In this document: positions 59,426 through 64,000 of the stretch, one piece after another
How the letters are laid out: the number at the start of each line of letters is the position of its first letter
Position numbering within the stretch: the stretch's first letter is position 1
Assembly: GCA_018304605.1 (NCBI GenBank)
Contig: JAGVVU010000034.1
Span: 3,555 to 67,554, forward strand
DNA from: Candidatus Aenigmatarchaeota archaeon
GTDB taxonomy: Archaea; Aenigmatarchaeota; Aenigmatarchaeia; GW2011-AR5
Reading direction: 5' to 3'
Length of the DNA stretch: 64,000 bases
The notes under the pieces: generated by a model
Seen by the model: only the letters and a program-made list of their open reading frames with translations
Databases searched by the model: none
Told to the model about the DNA's origin: nothing
Translations under genes and position numbers: made by a program

Positions 59426-60556
59426 ATGAACGTAAGAGAACTCATGACAAAAAATATTGTTTCTGCAAGGCCTGACGAGCATATCAGCCAGGCACTGGGT
59501 AAGATGGAAAAGCACAGGCTACATCAGCTGTTGGTCATGACCGACAGCAGGCTCTACGGTATGCTTGAGCTCAAAAAAATAGTTTCCAAGAACATGGACA
59601 TATCCTCTGCAAAGGTAGAAAATTTCGCGACAAACGTCCCTAACATCGATGCGAATGCAAGCGTGGAAAGCGCCACCCAGCTGCTTCTCAGCAGTGCATT
59701 AAGGGCGGTACCGGTCACGGATGGCGGAGATGTAGTTGGGATTATTTCGGAATCAGACATCATGAAAGTGGCGAAGCAATTCGTCAAGCCACTGAACGAG
59801 CCTGTTGACCGGATTGCCAGCGAGGCAGAGCATATCACGAAGGACGGAAACTACGGCCAGATCAAAAGGCTCATATTTGACAGAAATGTGTCGCGCGTCC
59901 CGATAGTGGACGATGGGAAAGTCGTCGGAATAGTAAGTACGCTTGAGATGATCAGGATGCTCAGGGGGAAGGAAACTATGGAAGTCAGGGGCGGAACGCA
60001 GGAAAAAGCCGCCAGGGAAAAGATTAGGATGGAGGAGACGCCCGCAACTGCAATGATGAGAAATGCGATAATAGTGCCGGGAAGCAAGGCCATAACAGAC
60101 GTTATAGACCTTCTGAGGACGAATGAGGAAGTAATAATTTCTGGTGAAGGAATTAAGATAGTAACGCACAGGGACATCCTGGAGCTGTTCCCACAGGCGA
60201 AGCAAAATGGCGTTCACGTACAGATAACAGGAATGCAGGACGAATCGATTGATTTCAAGGCTAAGATGGACACAACCGTCACTGATTTCGTAAAGAAAAT
60301 CTCCAGGATGGTAAATAGAATGGAATATCTAGTTGTTCACATCGAAAAAATGCATAAACAAAGCCCGAAAGAAAAATACTCGATACGCGCCAGGTTCAAG
60401 TCGCCTGAAGGCTTTTTTGTAGCTCACGCATGGGGATGGAAACCGATCGATGTTATTCAAGAAGTGTTCGGTAATCTCGAAAGAGAAGTACTAAACAAGC
60501 ATGGCAAAATCAGGTCAGATGTAAAGAAAAGCCGTGCAATGAGAAAAGCCCGGTAA
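59426..60556 (+). CDS. Four-CBS-domain protein with a C-terminal ribosome-hibernation (RaiA/HPF)-like domain
   Basis: Repeated CBS pairs. C-terminal YLVVHIEKMHK...YSIRARFKSPEGFFVAHAWGW. Confidence 0.65.
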   Translation: MNVRELMTKNIVSARPDEHISQALGKMEKHRLHQLLVMTDSRLYGMLELKKIVSKNMDISSAKVENFATNVPNIDANASVESATQLLLSSALRAVPVTDGGDVVGIISESDIMKVAKQFVKPLNEPVDRIASEAEHITKDGNYGQIKRLIFDRNVSRVPIVDDGKVVGIVSTLEMIRMLRGKETMEVRGGTQEKAAREKIRMEETPATAMMRNAIIVPGSKAITDVIDLLRTNEEVIISGEGIKIVTHRDILELFPQAKQNGVHVQITGMQDESIDFKAKMDTTVTDFVKKISRMVNRMEYLVVHIEKMHKQSPKEKYSIRARFKSPEGFFVAHAWGWKPIDVIQEVFGNLEREVLNKHGKIRSDVKKSRAMRKAR

Positions 60557-60595
60557 TCTTTCCAAGATAAAAGAGGAAAATAAAAAATTCCTAAT

Positions 60596-60778
60596 TTAAA
60601 TATCTCTTCCTTTCACTGTGCTGCGTCTGTTCGCTTTTGCGCGTTCCACTGCTCGGTCAACAAGGCGCATTACTTCCCTGCTGAGGGCGTCTGCAGCATC
60701 TCCGCCAAGATTCACTTTCTTCTTCTTCGCGTATTCACGAACCTTGCTCTTTACAACAAGCATCTCAACTTTTGCCAT
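60596..60778 (-). CDS. Small histone-fold (archaeal histone-like) protein
   Basis: 60 aa. C-terminal RRSTVKGRDI resembles archaeal histone RKTVKxEDI. Confidence 0.5.
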   Translation of the reverse strand: MAKVEMLVVKSKVREYAKKKKVNLGGDAADALSREVMRLVDRAVERAKANRRSTVKGRDI

Positions 60779-60821
60779 TTTTTCTACCTCCTATATTTCT
60801 ATTCAATAATCAGCTTTAAAA

Positions 60822-62318
60822 TCATTTTATGGGCGTTCCGAGGCTTTCAATAGCCGTGCCTGACAGGAATTTTCCGAGGATTTCCGGCAGCTCCGCGATT
60901 ACCACGCGCACCTGCTGCATCGAATCTCTGTCGCGTATGGTCACTGTCCTGTCTTCGAGAGTTTTGTGATCGACAGTTATCGAAGCAGGCACGCCTATCT
61001 CATCCATTCTCCTGTAACGGCGCCCGATGCTTCCCGAGTTGTCATAGAAAACAGAGAAGCCTGCGTCCCTCAGGAATGCTTTTAGCTCTTCTGACTTTTC
61101 ATCCAGGCCGTCCTTGCTGACCAAAGGAAACAGACCACAATCGAATGGTGATAAGTTCCTAGGAAATGCAAACGTACTCCTCTCCCTGTCTTCCCTATAA
61201 CACAACTCCAAAAGGGCGTATATATTCCTGTCAACGCCGAAACTTAGCTCAAGGACATGGGGCACAAACTTTTTACCGCCGACGAAAACAGACATATCCT
61301 GTTTCGAAAATTTCTGATGCGCTCCCAAATCGTGATCTGTTCTGTAATGAACTCCTCCTACTTCCAAGAAACCCCCAATGCTTTCAAGCTTGACTTCTAT
61401 GTCCCAGTGGTATTTGTTATAGAAAGCCTTCTCTTCGTCCGACAGTTCCTTAAAACGAAAAAATGCCTCTCTGGGTATTTTCATCACGTTCAAGAAGAAC
61501 TGCTGGACTCTGGCCATATGATAAACATAGAATTGAGGCACATGCCTGGTCATCTCCTCGCAGGTAATTTCCATTGCCTGCGGCCGGTTTTTGACCGGCA
61601 TTGCAAGCAATCTGTAGTCCTTCACGCTTTCGAATTTTGGATGTTCTTCTATTTTGTCCGGGTCGAAAAATATCTGGAGCTCTGCCTGGGTGAATTCTCT
61701 CATGCGTGTAATCAGCTGCCTCGGGCTTATCTCATTTCTGAATGCCTTGCCCACTATAGCCAGTCCCAGAGGAAGTTTTTTTCTTAAGCACTCGAACTCG
61801 CGCAAAAAATTGACATAAGCAGCTTGCGCAGTTTCTCCGCGCAAATATGCCCTGACATCGTTTCCTGCGGTTATCGGAAACATCAGATTCAGGACGCCGA
61901 CTTCTTCCAGGGAGCCTTTGCATTTAATGCACCTCAAGTTATGGTTTTTAATTACATTGGAAAGCTCTTCGAGCGATATGCCCTCGAAATTCTCTTTCAG
62001 CTGCTCTTCAAGAAGCTTGTCTGCCCGCTCGATATTTCCGCATTTTTTGCACTTCACAACAGGATCGACAAACGACTCCACATGACCTGAAGCCTGCCAC
62101 ACTTTTTCATGCATTATCTCTGCCGGCTGTATTTCGAAAAAATTGTCGTCTAGCCCAAGAAAGAAACTCCTCCATTCCTTTTCCCATCTGGCTTTTATAA
62201 GACTGCCGAGGTGTGCATAATCGTAGAAGCCGGATAAGCCGCCGTAAATTTCAGAGCCTATCCAGAAAAGTCCTCTCCTGCGGGCTATTTCCTCTATTTT
62301 ATCGTAACTAGAAGCCAT
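60822..62318 (-). CDS. glyS: Glycyl-tRNA synthetase (archaeal/eukaryotic alpha2 type)
   Basis: RRRGLFWIGSEIYGGLSGFYDY. FRNEISPR. Class II motifs. Confidence 0.9.
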   Translation of the reverse strand: MASSYDKIEEIARRRGLFWIGSEIYGGLSGFYDYAHLGSLIKARWEKEWRSFFLGLDDNFFEIQPAEIMHEKVWQASGHVESFVDPVVKCKKCGNIERADKLLEEQLKENFEGISLEELSNVIKNHNLRCIKCKGSLEEVGVLNLMFPITAGNDVRAYLRGETAQAAYVNFLREFECLRKKLPLGLAIVGKAFRNEISPRQLITRMREFTQAELQIFFDPDKIEEHPKFESVKDYRLLAMPVKNRPQAMEITCEEMTRHVPQFYVYHMARVQQFFLNVMKIPREAFFRFKELSDEEKAFYNKYHWDIEVKLESIGGFLEVGGVHYRTDHDLGAHQKFSKQDMSVFVGGKKFVPHVLELSFGVDRNIYALLELCYREDRERSTFAFPRNLSPFDCGLFPLVSKDGLDEKSEELKAFLRDAGFSVFYDNSGSIGRRYRRMDEIGVPASITVDHKTLEDRTVTIRDRDSMQQVRVVIAELPEILGKFLSGTAIESLGTPIK

Positions 62319-62461
62319 GATATTGTATTTTTACCGAGTTTACTTTAAAAGCATTGTACCATAAGTAAGAGAAGGTGGATTGATGCCGTACCAATTCCAA
62401 TAGTCTGCGATAATACGTGCAGACCTTTTTCTAGATTAATTATAAATGGCAGGAAAACAGA

Positions 62462-63733
62462 GTGATTAGCATGAGCTACGTACTGACGGAAGAGGGAAGG
62501 CGCTACCTTAAGCATGGATTGCCTGAAAGGAGGCTTATCGAGCTGGTAAAGAATCGCAACGGCGTCAGCATGAAAGATGCAAGCTCTACTTTGGGCGGCG
62601 AATTTTCAATCGCCCTGCAATGGTGCAAGAAATACGAGTGCATTGAAGCAACGGGCGGAAAACTCATTCTTGTGGAGGAAAAAGTAAAGGAAATAGAAGA
62701 GCAAACAGACGCGATGGAGCGGCTTGCCGGGGGCGAGGAGCCCGCAGAAGACTTGCTGCAAATCCTCATCCAGAGAAAGCTGGCAGAAAAGAGAAGTGAA
62801 GGTATAGTAGAGCGCGCGGAGAAATTTGCAGGGAAGGAAGTAATCAACCTTAACACAGACATCATCAAGACCGGCATATGGAGAAAAGTTAAATTAAAGC
62901 CCTATAACGTCGAGGCTGCCGGCAAGCCAGTGTATATCGGGAAGCAGCAGCCCTACAACAGATTCCTGCAGGACGCAAGAAGGAAACTTGTCGAAATGGG
63001 CTTCGAGGAAATGACAGGGCCGACGGTCGAGACGGAATTCTGGAACTTCGATGCCTTGTTTCAGGCACAAAATCATCCAAGCAGGGAGTGGACCCAGACA
63101 TATTCGCTGAAAAATCCAAAGGAAGGCAGTCTGCCAGACAAGAGCCTGGTAGAACGCGTGAAAGCCAGTCATGAAAACGGGTGGAAAACAGGCGGCACCG
63201 GATGGGGATACAGATGGGATCCCTCGAAGGCCGCATGCTTGATGCCAAGGGCTCACGGCACTGCCGTATCGGCAAGGACGATGGCGGGCAAGCCAAATAT
63301 TCCCGGAAAATATTTTGCTATCCTGAGATGCTACAGGCCTGATGTTATTGATGCTACTCATGGCAGCGAGTTCAACCAGACTGAGGGCATAGTGCTTGAT
63401 GAATCGCTGAATTTCAGAAGCCTGCTCGGCATATTGAAAGACTTCGCGATAGAATTCGCCGGCACCGAAAAAACCAAGTTCCTGCCTGATTATTACCCTT
63501 TCACGGAGCCGTCTGTGCAGCTTTCCGCAAAACACCCCCAGCTCGGTTGGGTAGAATTCGGCGGCGCCGGCATATTCAGGGAAGAACTGACAAAGCCGCT
63601 AGGGATAGATGTTCCTGTCATTGCGTGGGGACTGGGCATCGACAGGCTTGCAATGTTCAAACTGGGAATAAGCGATATACGCAGCCTATTCAGCCAAAAT
63701 CTTGAATGGCTCAGGAAGCAGGTGGTGCTATGA
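62462..63733 (+). CDS. pheS: Phenylalanyl-tRNA synthetase alpha subunit
   Basis: FRPDVIDATHGSEFNQTEG. GWVEFGGAGIFREEL. GLGIDRLAM. Confidence 0.9.
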   Translation: MISMSYVLTEEGRRYLKHGLPERRLIELVKNRNGVSMKDASSTLGGEFSIALQWCKKYECIEATGGKLILVEEKVKEIEEQTDAMERLAGGEEPAEDLLQILIQRKLAEKRSEGIVERAEKFAGKEVINLNTDIIKTGIWRKVKLKPYNVEAAGKPVYIGKQQPYNRFLQDARRKLVEMGFEEMTGPTVETEFWNFDALFQAQNHPSREWTQTYSLKNPKEGSLPDKSLVERVKASHENGWKTGGTGWGYRWDPSKAACLMPRAHGTAVSARTMAGKPNIPGKYFAILRCYRPDVIDATHGSEFNQTEGIVLDESLNFRSLLGILKDFAIEFAGTEKTKFLPDYYPFTEPSVQLSAKHPQLGWVEFGGAGIFREELTKPLGIDVPVIAWGLGIDRLAMFKLGISDIRSLFSQNLEWLRKQVVL

Positions 63734-63963
63734 GCAAAATGAAAGAAGTTGATATGTCTGATATACTGAAACATGCGGAAGAGTGCAACAGGAAGAAAGT
63801 GAAGTGGCATTTTCATATCCTTACCCCGGATTGCGCTTTCAGCCGGAATAAACGGTATTCAATCGTATTCGAGCGTGAGAAAGGCGAACATCTTATTGCA
63901 TTTTTCAAGGAAAAACCGCCGAGACAGGAGAAACTGGAAATACTTTTCCATGGACGTGCTTAA
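63730..63963 (+). CDS. Hypothetical protein (ATGA overlap with the pheS stop)
   Basis: 77 aa. Translational coupling signature. Confidence 0.35.
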   Translation: MSKMKEVDMSDILKHAEECNRKKVKWHFHILTPDCAFSRNKRYSIVFEREKGEHLIAFFKEKPPRQEKLEILFHGRA

Positions 63964-64000
63964 AATGCCAAAAATAGATGTGTCTTACAAGGATCTTTGC

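Noticed and set aside
1-64000. CRISPR arrays and rRNA genes
   Set aside because: No regularly spaced direct repeats and no rRNA-like conserved stretches were found on either strand.

Overview
This window is an archaeal chromosomal segment of about 64 kb and about 47% GC. It is gene-dense and most likely comes from a small-genome DPANN/ARMAN-like lineage.

Several clear archaeal informational genes support this: the topoisomerase VI A and B subunits, thermosome, Nop5 and fibrillarin, aIF-1A, ribosomal protein S17e, a histone-fold protein, aMBF1, and a tRNA-splicing endonuclease. Five aminoacyl-tRNA synthetases are present (HisRS, IleRS, GlyRS, PheS-alpha, plus the TtuA/TtuB tRNA thiolation pair).

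Metabolic content includes an AMP phosphorylase / ribose-1,5-bisphosphate isomerase operon, the archaeal 2,3-bisphosphoglycerate-independent phosphoglycerate mutase (ApgM), UMP kinase and a DAHP-synthase-like gene. There is also a complete classical lower mevalonate pathway cluster (MVK, PMK, MVD and type-1 IDI), which resembles bacterial operons more than the usual archaeal route.

Accessory content includes two adjacent secreted proteins densely packed with N-glycosylation sequons, and an archaellum/type-IV-pilus-like locus. That locus has a FlaI-like ATPase, a FlaJ split into separate N-domain and C-domain genes, and four or more class-III-signal-peptide pilin-like genes, but no FlaH or canonical archaellin.

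At least five tRNA genes carry one or more introns, several at non-canonical positions. Two paralogous LAGLIDADG endonuclease genes each overlap the 3' end of a tRNA gene in antisense.

The most striking non-coding signal is a family of repeated structured elements of about 100 nt. They share the architecture hairpin, then GAATGC outer stem, then an inner hairpin with a CTAAAG loop, and they show compensatory base changes between copies.

A candidate structured ncRNA of about 190 nt has its own TATA box and an oligo-T terminator. Several genes are interrupted by single-nucleotide frameshifts, some at homopolymers, which may be sequencing artefacts. No rRNA and no CRISPR array were seen.
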